A program made the translations under genes and the position numbers. The notes below the pieces were generated by a model. The model was not told the origin of the DNA, searched no databases, and saw only the letters and a program-made list of their open reading frames with translations. A DNA stretch of 61,797 nt, counting the filler, from Choristocarpus tenellus KU-1152 (taxonomy: Eukaryota > Protista > Phaeophyceae), in assembly GCA_964200185.2 (NCBI GenBank). It is 8 parts of 8 records of this genome, joined end to end, with 100 filler letters (N's around TTAATTAATTAA, not from the genome) between each part and the next. Parts side by side here need not be neighbours in the genome. Positions count along the whole stretch, not along the records: positions 34,330 to 40,926 come from CAXNAD020007788.1; positions 41,027 to 45,819 come from CAXNAD020013037.1; positions 45,920 to 59,167 come from CAXNAD020001546.1; 5 more parts are not named here. One strand, written 5' to 3'. Positions within the stretch are counted from its first letter, which is position 1, and the number at the start of each line of letters is the position of its first letter. Positions 35,096 to 46,512 of the stretch are shown in pieces.

Positions 35096-38000
35096 CTGGC
35101 AGTAAGTGCTTTCTTCGCTTGCCCATGCCTTCATGCCAACCTGGTACCATCTCCCAATTCTCCGTCCCCCTTAAATGGTAGTTGTATGCTGCAATTAAAG
35201 AATGTGTACATAAACAGGCATCTTTGGTTCAGATTAGGGCTGTGGACGAAACAATAGAGGGGGTGCACGGGGAGGTGAGGTGGGTGCGGCATCACAATAT
35301 AATGGCAAGACGTAAATCCAAAATCCATATCCAACAGTACAAGATAGAAAAGAAAGTTTCTCGAATATATTTTAACCCATGTAAAGAGTAGTCAGGTTAC
35401 AAGGAAATTGCCAAAAAGGGGACTGTTAGGTGGAAGTATTTAAGCAACGATACCTGCATGTGTTGTGTTTGTTAGATCTGAAACGTCTCGGCAGAGGTAC
35501 ATGTACGGATCTGAACAAACATTGGGATTTCCTCCTTGCTCTGTAATGACCCACATTCAGAGAGCTTGTGGTCTAGAAGAGCAGCTGCACCATCTGACTA
35601 TTTCCAATCAGGAAGGTGGCAACTGCATTCTAAACGAATAATAAAAAAGAAAACCAGGAAGAATATAAGAATGCATACAGATCCCGCTCACTCTTCAATC
35701 AGTGCTCACCACATAGGCCTATGATAATATGTTCATGGTTGGGATGATAATTGCTGCTTTGTTCTGTCTTTCTACTCTCCAGGGCCTTTCATCACTCCAG
35801 GCCGTTAACATGGCCTGGGTAGGGTCATGCACCAGCCCTGTTAGTCTATATTGGTTTTTTGGCCGACTCACAACCCAGCCATGTTTAAATATTGGCGTCA
35901 TGAACTAGTCATGGAAAAGACATTCATACCCGATCAGCCTGTAACCCGGCCATGTCCAAATATTTGACAACGATAATATGTATATTTTATACCAGCACAG
36001 TCAAGATGAGTAAGGGCTAACCTGGTCAAAGTGTGCCCACACTATTCCGAAGCACATGCAGGGAGGTGTGCATTTTAATGTTTCTTCAGCCACAAAAGTA
36101 TATTCTGAAGTGGAAAAGGCCCAGAAACGTATACTAGGGACGTCTACAACAGACTGTTACGCACAAAAAAACAGTTTGTTGAAATTTGAGTCAAAGTATC
36201 TTAGAAGGTAGGGTCGCATCCACTTAAAGGTCAAAATCCAATGTTGCAATTTTAATGTAATTTTGGGTATCGTATTTGTTAGGAAGTGCCAATATCCTTG
36301 TTCCAAACACACCTTTTTATACATTTTATCTACTCCAAAACATTTCGGAGTAGGAAAATGTCATACAAAAACCCTGGGGAAGGCAAGCTCAAAACGCACA
36401 AACAGGGCAAAACTAACACCTTCTGAGATATTTTTACTCTTTTTAGACAATATTTCACACAAAAGAGTTTGTTTTGGTTCTGTATTTCTACTGGTAATAT
36501 GAGGATTTAAAACTTTGTTGATCACATGTCGAGTGACCTCGTCCTCAAATAGTTGTAGGGTCTGTATCTTGAGGATTTTTTCAGGTGTGAGTGGTCAGAG
36601 AAGGTTAAACTTGCAACAAATTCACTGTATGAGTATTTCGCGTAAGCAATGGGAGGAAATATATTCTGAAGAAATAACTATAGGCCGAAATAAATCAAAC
36701 ATATACGTTGACCCTTCCAATCTTACAGAAACAAAAGCAGAAAGGAGAAGGTTTTTCCAAGACTTCATCTCCTCAGACATATATATTCTAGGAAATATCA
36801 AAAGAATAATTCACATTGAGTCAAAGTAAATGAGAGGTAAGGACAGTTGCATTTTTAAGGATAGTGAAAACACTTGCGGAATCCGTTTTTTTTTTACAAA
36901 TACTAGCAGGAATTTTCTGCATTCCTGTCGAAAAGATTTAAACAATAGAGAAATAATAGTAAATATGACGTCGAACTTAGAAGGTCATCAAAGAAACACA
37001 GGTGAATTGTGAAAGATTGAAAAACTGGCTATAAAATCCAAAACGGTTTAAACCTGGGTACGTCATATTTATGTTGACCATTAGAAAGAACAAAAAAGCC
37101 CTACTGGGTCTTCTTCATCCTATCCGTGTCTCTATCTATGTGCAGGCTGGGCCCGACCTGGTCAGGGTGGAATATCCAACTACACTGGTCCGGACACAAA
37201 AGAAAATCGTGGAGGTTTTCTGGCCCTCGATTGGATGGGTTTCAATACTTGGAACTGGTCTAGACATGTCGGTAAATATTAGAACCGGTCTGATCTGGGA
37301 AACACTTGCCTCCTTCTCATTTACCTTCCCCACCTGACGAAAAGTTCTGGAAGGTGCTGCCAGGCATATCATAGGAACTATTCTGAAGTGTAATAAATAT
37401 ATATATATATATTATAATGTTTCCTATCCTCTGTCACAGAACAAGATCTACACTATATCTATCGACAACCTAGACGTCTAGAACCATGCATTGCCTTACG
37501 TGTATGAAGAGAAGAACGTCCTCATGGCTCAATGGTTACAGAGTCTGTTTGTTCCCCCTCGTGATTTCTACATATTCCGACCCTCTCAAAAGCTACACTT
37601 CTGACCACACAAATCTGGGTTCGACCATCCAAAGCCCACGTCATAAGCTCTGCAGATGGTAGACCCGTACTATCCTACCCTATCCTATCCTACATTTTCT
37701 CTGCCACAAAAGCTCCAGAACAGGAAAGAGCTGGCTGGACTTCTTTGTTGGGCAATGCAGGAATTTGATTCGAGGAAGGAGGTGGAGCGTCAAGTCGTAA
37801 AATTGCTGAACAATTTTACGACTTTAAGCAAGAGCAAGGCACAAATGGATGCAGTAGCAAAAGTCGTATTGCAACATTTAGTTGCAGTAGTCAGTATGAG
37901 AAGTAGTGCAGTGTCTTGCGCCGATGACCAAGGCTCGGGATAGTCCTAATATAAGGGAAAGATGTACTTTGAAGCATAGCCAAAGAATGGGCAGTGTGGC

Positions 38001-39273
38001 AATTCTGCGGACAAATCGGAGATTCCTGTCAACCATACATTGGAAGGATCAGAAAGAAAAAAGTTGTAATGCCAACACATGTATATACGAGTGACGGTGT
38101 ATATTCGATCTTTCATTCCAAAATCGATATTTTCAATGGTCACACCGTTCTGTTGACTCTATCACTACCAAGTTTACTTCTCTGCCTCAAGACTGAACAG
38201 AAGATAGAAAAACGAGAACACTTACTTAAGGGCTAAAACCCTGACATGATAATTGAGAAAAGAAGGCAAAAGGATATCCAATTTGGCTCCATCACATCAA
38301 GAGTCTGTACGTGCATGCTGCTCTGCTATGACAAAGAAACTGTTGTAACCTCATCTCCCTCGGTGACAACCTCCAGGCTATCCACAGAATCTACTGCATG
38401 ACCTCCACATTGAACACCTCCTACCAATTCAGACCAGCATCAACGAGAGGCTTTGCACCACTCAATACCCTGCCCGACCCTTCCTGGTCAACTAATCGAA
38501 GCACTCGACACCTACAAAGTGAAAAGACCGGAAGTATTCCGGCACAGTTCCTGAAAACAATAGCTTTTGATTTGATTGAAATATCTGGCGGAGGGAAAAG
38601 GCTGTGCTGGTGAACTTAGCACCTCTATGTATTTTCACACACTCTAAAGTATAATATTTCAACCCTGTAGGATCCATGCAACACTTACAGAGATCCATCT
38701 ATACATTTTGCACATATCCCTCCCTGCCTATCATGAGCCATTTGTGGCACACTACCAGGGCGTTTTAGAAGACGGAGAATTGAGCTTGATTAACTCTCTT
38801 CAATGCTGACAGAGGGAGAAAGTCAGTTCAGAGCAAATAACATATGGAAGACGTAGTATCAAATGATGCAATATAAAGACTCTTGTAAGGTCCTACTATG
38901 CTATTCCATACATCACCATGCTTCTCGGGAAAGACAAAATATGGGTGGATTTTGACAACAGTGCTCAATCAATTAAGATTGAGTAACGAAGGCTTTTCTA
39001 TATATCAACAAGATGACTCCATACTGAAGAGAACATCATGGGTTTTAGCGTTTCGTTTTGTCCCTGGGAAGTCCAAAGGATATGTTCTTGGAGTAGTCAA
39101 AGTTGTGGACAGAGCAAACAACGCATTTTCTCTTCACCTGAAAGAATCATATCTCTGGGATCCCGGACAAATTGGACGATCTTCGCTCTTCCATTAGAAC
39201 TCCCCATTGGGGTGCATAATTCTTGAACCGTAAATCTTTGGCATAGTGCAAAACCAACCTCCGACCCTCCATC
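35096..39273 (-). CDS. Sulfotransferase-family (P-loop) protein, two internal exons
   Basis: Exon 39273-39138 and exon 35188-35096 splice in phase 1 across a ~4 kb intron to give KIVQFVRDPRDMILSAYNYHL, the 3'-phosphate (PAPS) binding motif RxPRDxxxSxY. Confidence 0.7.
36188..36439 (+). mobile_element. MITE family A, complete, TSD TTT
   Basis: GAGTCAAAGTATCTTAGAAGGT ... ACCTTCTGAGATATTTTTACTC. Confidence 0.9.
36818..37079 (-). mobile_element. MITE family D, probable TSD ATT
   Basis: Same TIR as 28773-29028; internal sequence is its reverse-complement homolog. Confidence 0.85.
37518..37692 (+). mobile_element. tRNA-derived SINE-like element
   Basis: tRNA-like head GTCCTCA, A box TGGCTCAATGG (37525-35), B box GGTTCGACC (37618-26) and a (TATCC)n-type 3' tail at 37671-92. 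Confidence 0.55.
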
Positions 39274-39825
39274 CTGTTGTGCTCTAATAAGAGAGTTAAG
39301 CATGGATCCGAGTTGCAGGTGTACGTATTTGACGGCAGGGGAAGTGAGTATCAACTGAAGTCCTTCAAACGTGTAGCAACTGCAGTAAATATACTTTTCA
39401 AGTCTTATCCATGATTAGTCAGGGCAAACTCAGTACACCGATTCAGATGTAGGAAGGTCATGAGATAGTAATTTTGGACAAAAAGCGGCGAAAGAAAGAA
39501 TTTCCAAAAGAAAATAACTGGGAAACCTGAACCTAAAACTGAAGGCTCGGCAGACATCAGGTGTATGTATCCGTTTCACATAACACCAGTACCAACACAA
39601 AGGATTAATTCTCATAAAGAAAAACTGCTCCAATGGGGCATCTACTTACTCAATATGAGCCAGGAGGAAAACTATAGGAGAAAATAGAAAAACAGCAATA
39701 ATTAGGTCACGGACAAGCACACACCTATCCTATGCTTACACACCAGCATCACACTAGGGAGGAGAGACTGCGGCAATTTTCATACAATGTCAATCATCCA
39801 TAAACTTCATGGCTTCCACCTCAAT

Positions 39826-40008
39826 GGCTCAAAGTATCTGGGGAGGGTGGCGGCTGTCCATTTGGGACCAATTTTATCATGTCGCGATTTTTGGGTGATT
39901 TGGTTGCATACATCGGATGGATAATGTAAGTGCACTTACTTTCCCGGTTGAGGGCCAAAAGGACACCCCGGTGTAGACCCTAACCCCCCCCTCCAGATAC
40001 TTTGGGTC
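39826..40008 (+). mobile_element. MITE family B, complete (~180 bp)
   Basis: GGCTCAAAGTATCTGG ... CCAGATACTTTGGGTC, flanked by (C)AAT. Partial copies at 29939-30135, 30236-30256, 34330-34375 and 40857-40926, all at contig ends. Confidence 0.88.
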
Positions 40009-41145
40009 CAATGCATGTATTGAACCACTCTTGTGAGTTCCTCATGCAGTTTCTAGTAGACTAGCGGAGGAAATTTCTGCTCAATGTATGTATGTCATGC
40101 ACACTAAAACAAAAATTGCAAGACTGAAATCAAAACATAAACTGGCTTTAAATACATATGCTACAGCGCAGGCCAGGATCTCTACTAAGCGTATGCTCCC
40201 CCCGAAATTTTTCAGTGGATCATCAGGCTAGAATGCTTTTTGTCTTAAGGTGGTACTTTGCCAGATTGACACAACAAATGCGCAACAAATGTGGGAACTA
40301 AGAACTTCATGATCAATGAAAACTTCGCAAAAAAATTGACACCACCACAACTTGTTCTCGATAGCAGCGCTGGTGTGTACGGTGGTATGGAAATGAGCCT
40401 TGTCTGTGAGGTGGTTTTTTGGTTGCACTAGCTTCTTCTAATTCCGTTGTAAGGCTTCAAACAAGTTTTTGAGTGAGTGGAGATCCCACTGTTGGTCTAA
40501 ATTTGAAATGTTTTTCGTTCGTGTAGCAATTGGACATCGGCATCGGTGTTGTTAGTGCTTTCTAGAGAACAAAAAAAGTACAAAGGATGTGTGAAACTTC
40601 ATCGCTGCGTCCGAGTCTCCCAATTCTTTTTCTTGCACTATTTTTTTCTTCTCCTTTCTCGTCTCTTGTATTACTTTATCTGCTATACAGCCACTAACTA
40701 TGGGTTTGAGAAGGTCAAGCTAAAGTGTGAAATCTATTTTGAGTGCACCTTGACGTAAAATGGGTTCCAGTAATATAGGAGCAGTACGTTCAGGAGCGTA
40801 CATACTGAGGAATGCAAAACAGAACTTGGGAACTGGGGGCAACCAGGGAATTTTCAGACTCAAAGTATCTGGGAGGGGGTGGCGGCTGTCCATTTGGGGT
40901 CAATTTTTTCATGTCGCAATTTTTGGNNNNNNNNNNNNNNNNNNNNNNNNNNNNNNNNNNNNNNNNNNNNTTAATTAATTAANNNNNNNNNNNNNNNNNN
41001 NNNNNNNNNNNNNNNNNNNNNNNNNNGGGGGCCTAATGGCTAATATATGCTTGCATATTTTTCAACAAGAAAGAACTGGAGAGGTATCAGAACGAGCCGT
41101 GGGGACACTGCTTCCTACTTGCACCCAAACACAGACAAGATCTTC

Positions 41146-41368
41146 CCTGACCTGACCTTACCTGACCTTACCTTACCTTACCTTACCTTACCTTACCTCA
41201 CCTTACCATACCTTACCTTACCTAACCCTAACCCTTACCTTACCAAACCCTATCCCTAACCCTTACCTTACCTGACCTTACCTCACCTTACCTTACCTTA
41301 CCTTACCTAACCCTAACCCTTACCTTACCAAACCCTATCCCTAACCCTTACCTTTCCTTTCCTTACCT
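41146..41368. repeat. (CCTTA)n microsatellite mixed with CCCTAA, with a higher-order duplication
   Basis: Read directly; the block CCTAACCCTAACCCTTACCTTACCAAACCCTATCCCTAACCCTTACCTT occurs twice. Confidence 0.9.
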
Positions 41369-41420
41369 TCGTGCAATAAAAATATGCGATAATAATCGTG
41401 TGTGTTGTGTGACCCTTTCA

Positions 41421-44014
41421 GAAGAAGAGGGGAGGCCAAAGAAGGAGTGTCAACAGGGGCAGGGTTGTGGGCAGAGGGGAGGGCACCATCTATGCACCGG
41501 CAAGCAGAAAACAGCGATGGAGGAAACATTGGTGGCAGTGGCAGCAGAGAAGCAGGGCATGAGGTAACAGCAGCTGTTGGAACGCCCCATACTAGCCCTA
41601 ACCCTGAGCTGAGTGCATGAGAAGGGAAGCAACACAGACACAGACCCAGACACACACACACACACACACACACATACATATGTGTGTGTATGTGTGTGTG
41701 TGTGTGTAGGTGTGAAAGTATCTTAGGGTTAGGGTACGAGTTTTGCTCTTTTTGTCCGTTTGGGGCCTGACTTCCCATGGGTTTTTTATGACATTTTCCT
41801 ACTCCGAAATGTTTTGGAGTAGGAAAAATGTCTATATTATGAAAAGGTGTGTCCAGAACAAGGATATCGACACTTCCTAACAATCGCAATCGCCAAAGTT
41901 GCATCCGAATCACAACATTGGATTTTGGCCCCCCAAACGGACGCGGCTCTACCCTCTAAGATACTTTGACTCTAGAACATATGAATCATGCTAACTGAGA
42001 GATGTAAGTGTATACATAATTAGGTCTTTCCTTACATTACAAAAAAGACATTTGGTCAGCTGAGGTGATTCATTTGTTTAGCTCTTTCTTCTGCAGTGAT
42101 GCCTTCGTTTTTGATGGCTTATTCCACTGTGCGCATTGAACATGAAAGGTAGGCGGTATATTGCAAAAGGGGCGACAAAAAACTGAGCACACTACAGAAA
42201 CGGGCAAAACGTGTGTACCACATTGAGTCAATTTTTGTTTTTGTTTTAATGGCAGCTAATACTCAAACCGTATTTCCCACTTTACTACCTAACTGAGGTT
42301 TCCAAGCAGGCACAACGTGAGGATGGAGATGTGTGCAAAGTGCAGAAATCGAGAAGACACTCAGCTATGTCACACCTGGAGCAACGCCTGCAGCTCCATG
42401 AGAAAACCTTGGGTGCCATGAGCCCCGGGCTACGGGCTTCAGTCTCCAGAAAAATCGAATACCTAATTGAATGTGACAGGTCAGGTGTATGGGTCTGTAT
42501 GATGTATTGCTGAGATCTGCAGGGATAAGGGAAGGACTGATTGGCGAACTGAATGCTAAAGGTTCCAACTGATGGTGTATCTGATTGGTATAGAATAGAT
42601 TATAGAAATGGTCAATGATTATCAACAATATCGTAAGGCTACTCATACCTTTGGATCAGTTGCTTCTTCCTTGATCGGTAGCCCCTCCAAGCATCAGAAG
42701 GCAGTAAAGAAAAATCACGTCTTCAACTACTCTCAGTGTAGCCCAATGCCCCCCACCTCACCAATCCCTCGCCACACACTACACCTTGTATCCTCTCATG
42801 AAGGGTATCACCAACACAAGGATTTTACGTCATCACACGGTCAGAAGTTGTACCCCCAATGCTCTTTTCCAGAGTTTCATTATCTGAAGACAGAAGCAAA
42901 AGTCATTTCCCCAATAAAAAATAACAAATTGCTGCATAGATTCACCCAACAGATATATATATATATATTGGTCGTATTTTATGGTTCCAGGAGTCCTCAC
43001 ATTCCGAAAAGAAATCTGCTCAAAGAATGAGAGAAGAGCGATGGATTTCGACCCACTGAATTCTTGATGCTTGCATTGCTCGTGTGCGAATTTGTAATCA
43101 CACTTCTGTTCGTAAACAGATGGAGGACATAGGGTATCACCTAGCATGGCATTTTTGAGGGATATTTGTCCTTCCAACTCGGTTCCGGAATTTTCTGAGA
43201 CTATTTTTGTATCATACTTGGTAAACCTTGCACTCCAAAGGCCCACACAAAAATAGCTTTCCCAAAACGCCCGACCCACACGCTGCAGATTATGTGACCC
43301 CACCTAATAGGTATACCTTGTATTTAAACACAGTTTCCGTGCAGACAGTTCCTTGCCCAAAGATGTTCAACTTACCCAGGGTTAGAACCTGCCCATGTAT
43401 CCTGAAATATCTCATTCTCCTAAGAACTTCCCACAATCCAACTCCATCCCACCACAACAAGTCATCCCCACCACCAGGAAAATTCCTTCCTACCCAGTTT
43501 CCAGTGAAGTGCTGAACTTCCTATCAGGAGCTTGATTTTTGGTTTGACTCCAGTCTCTCCTGATAGTGTAATCCTCCAGCAAAATGATGACCCTGCCACT
43601 ATTTCCACCAGTCCTTTTCATATCCATTTCCTTTGTCGCCAATCATTGCCAACACCCCCTCTCTGCAAACATGTTGTAATACTCTTCACCACGACAATGA
43701 ACAGAAGCATAGAAGAGCAGCGAGCACAAGAGTCTGCTGCTATCAAGGGGACATCCAAAAATAAGAGTGAACACAGAGCTAGCAGCAGTTGGGTGCATGG
43801 TAACCAGATCCAGCAAAGGAGGCCACATTCTGCACATCCCAGCTCATCCTACAGGAGTGGATCGCGCTGGGGAAAAGTTGTCCCTAGCAATAACCAGGGA
43901 GCAACAACACCTTCGTACTCTGCCTCTTTAGGGAGAGGGGAAGGGAGGCGAAACTTCCATGCCCCCCGAGTTTCACAGGATGACTCAGGGTTATCGATGA
44001 GAGAATATCAGTAA
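41421..44014 (+). CDS. Hypothetical protein, 3' exons (model uncertain)
   Basis: Open exon-like segments with splice sites at ~41421-41563, ~42310-42479 (SHLEQRLQLHEKTLGAMSPGLRASVSRKIEYLIECD), ~42599-42700 and ~43705-44014 (stop). No domain recognised. Confidence 0.45.
41710..41972 (-). mobile_element. MITE family A, complete, TSD TAG, with TTAGGG insertion in one TIR
   Basis: GTGTGAAAGTATCTTAGGGTTAGGGTA ... TACCCTCTAAGATACTTTGACTC, flanked by TAG. Confidence 0.9.
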
Positions 44015-45269
44015 TCGTGATGTGGGGGCTACAGTAGTGCAGCATTGAGGGCATTATCGTCCCTAGGGAAGGAGATGGATAAACAACTCCCTGCTGAATA
44101 GGAATGTAATTAGATTTAGGATGTTTGTAGGGGGGGACAGTTCGGTTCATACTGAGAGTCCCCAGTGCTGCAGCCTATGGGGGTTAAGGCAAGGGTCTTA
44201 TGATGGAAGTGTTTGTATTAATAATTGCATTTATCTCCTGACTAAATCGCCCAAAGCTCTGATCTGCTTCAGCTGAAGTTGTGTGCATCTGTTTGTTAGT
44301 GTGTCAAGATTTTATCACTAGTTTGCATTCCGGTCAACTTACCCATTATAAAGTGACCACCAACCGGCGCTGATCATCTCACTACACTAAATTCTCAAAT
44401 GTACTACCTACATACGTTGCATGCATCCTCCCCAACACGTTCCCACTCAAATATCTCAAGAATCCTCGATCTTAATCTCCCCACCGTGCCTGTATTGTAG
44501 GACTGTTGAAGGGAGGAAGGCTTCAGGCAGTCTGTTGCTTCTCCCCACATGCACACAGGATATACGTATTCACAAGATGCTGGGCGGATTTTACTCGCCA
44601 TACTCTTTTCCAGTCCTACTAGTATTCCAGGCAGAATGAGTCGAGGCCTTCAGAAGCTGATCATCTGATACCACCACCAATTAATTATATCAACCACCAG
44701 GATACATACACACTTCAAGGCATGACTAAATCGAACAAAAGGGAATGTACCGAGACCAGACAAACAAATTAAATACCTTCATACACCTCGATACGCCTTG
44801 ACTACGTGGTACTTGAGAGTGTTACTGGTGACCTCAATAGAACGGTCAGCAGATTCAAGAAGAGCCTACAAGCCAGAGTTGGTGTGCTTACGTAGCCAAG
44901 ATATATACCCAGATTAAATCATGACAGCATAAGATTGGGTGGCATCAACCAAGTAGCTTATGCATTTGTGCAACCTGATATGTTGCACAATTGAACGCAG
45001 AGACATACCTCCCAAGGTGTATTAGTGATTGAGAGGATAAGAAGATGGGGAAAACCATGCATGCGTTTCCCTGTTGGAGCCACACCCACATGGAGCCTGC
45101 GAATCTATGAATTGAACAACTCTGGGGACTGAAATGTGGGTAACAACCTTATTGTTGTCAGAGAGTTGAGCAGCTACTTGTAATTTCTCCAACTGTTACA
45201 TCAATAGTCAGTAATGAACAATAAATAAATGTTCTACCAACACTAGGTCGTAGAAGTAGTAGCGGCAGC

Positions 45270-45527
45270 GAGTCAAAGTAAGCGAAATGTATCGAGACTT
45301 GACTTTAAGGATGCTGACAAATATGTGCAAAATCCGGCTCTGTCTAAAAATGCGTGTAGGACAATTTCTGAATTCTGTCGAAAAGTTAAAAACAACGGAG
45401 AAGTCAACGCTCTCAAGTCAAACTTAACACTTAATCCATAGAGATATGGGTAAAGCGCAAGAGATTAAAACACTGGCTTAAAATGCAACAGGACGAAAAC
45501 CTGACTACCTCTCGTTTACTTTGATTC
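45270..45527 (-). mobile_element. MITE family D, TSD not preserved
   Basis: GAGTCAAAGTAAGCGA ... TACCTCTCGTTTACTTTGATTC, with internal homology to the other D copies. Confidence 0.85.
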
Positions 45528-46512
45528 ATTATGTACTATGTACAATGTGTGGCGGATCTTGTATCTACTACTGCTAGCACTACCACCTACCTACAGATAC
45601 ATATACTTAGATGGTACATTGTATGTTGTGTATGTGATGTATTTTCTGGAATATTGCATATTTCCAATTTTCGTCTCTTACTTCTCTCTTCTTGTCTTAT
45701 ATGGGAGGTCAACAGTATCGACTGTATTTCTTGAATCCGTGACTGTATGTGGTGTTGTTCTCGTCTCGGAAACTAACAGGGGATCCTCAAAATTGGGGAT
45801 GGCCCGGGACTATGGGTATNNNNNNNNNNNNNNNNNNNNNNNNNNNNNNNNNNNNNNNNNNNNTTAATTAATTAANNNNNNNNNNNNNNNNNNNNNNNNN
45901 NNNNNNNNNNNNNNNNNNNCCCCAAATGGACGCAGCTCTACCCTCTAAGTACTTTGACGCTGTCGCATGGGCTCAAAATGGGAGCTTGCTGCCATACTCT
46001 TGATCAAAGCTGCCATAACCATAGCTTACTGAGGTGGACCGACTCCCTGCACGTTTTTTCAATGTTTCGTGGAGTATTAAGTAGAAACGCTCTTTGCCCT
46101 GATTGTGAAATAGTAGTGCTGTGATGCCCTGCACATTATGGGACTCTTGGATCAATTGATTGAGTTCTATGATCGTTATAGCTTACTCCGCCCACTACAC
46201 TCATCAGAGTATTTGTGCCAAATGTTTGGAAGTTGCCAACAACTACCAGAAAACTAGGCAACATCAGCAATTGGCGCAATTGCATACATGGCAGTTTGCG
46301 TGACTTTATGTTGCTGTAAGCAGCACAGTTGCCAGCATAAGTTAGATATCCAATGGGTCATCTGTTCCCCCTCACGTTACTATCCCACTCCTATTCTTCC
46401 ACTTCAGTGCCAATGCTCCTTTCCATCATCTTGTTGCTAAGTGTTTTTTTTTAGTGACAATATTCTGTTACTATCATGCCTTCCCTAACGAATACCTGCT
46501 CTTTCCTTACAG

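Noticed and set aside
35807-35885. Hairpin AACATGGC..GCCATGTT
   Set aside because: Probably a decayed short repeat; too little evidence to call an ncRNA.
37656-37943. 95-aa plus-strand ORF
   Set aside because: Starts in the SINE tail, lies antisense in an intron, and has no recognisable domain.
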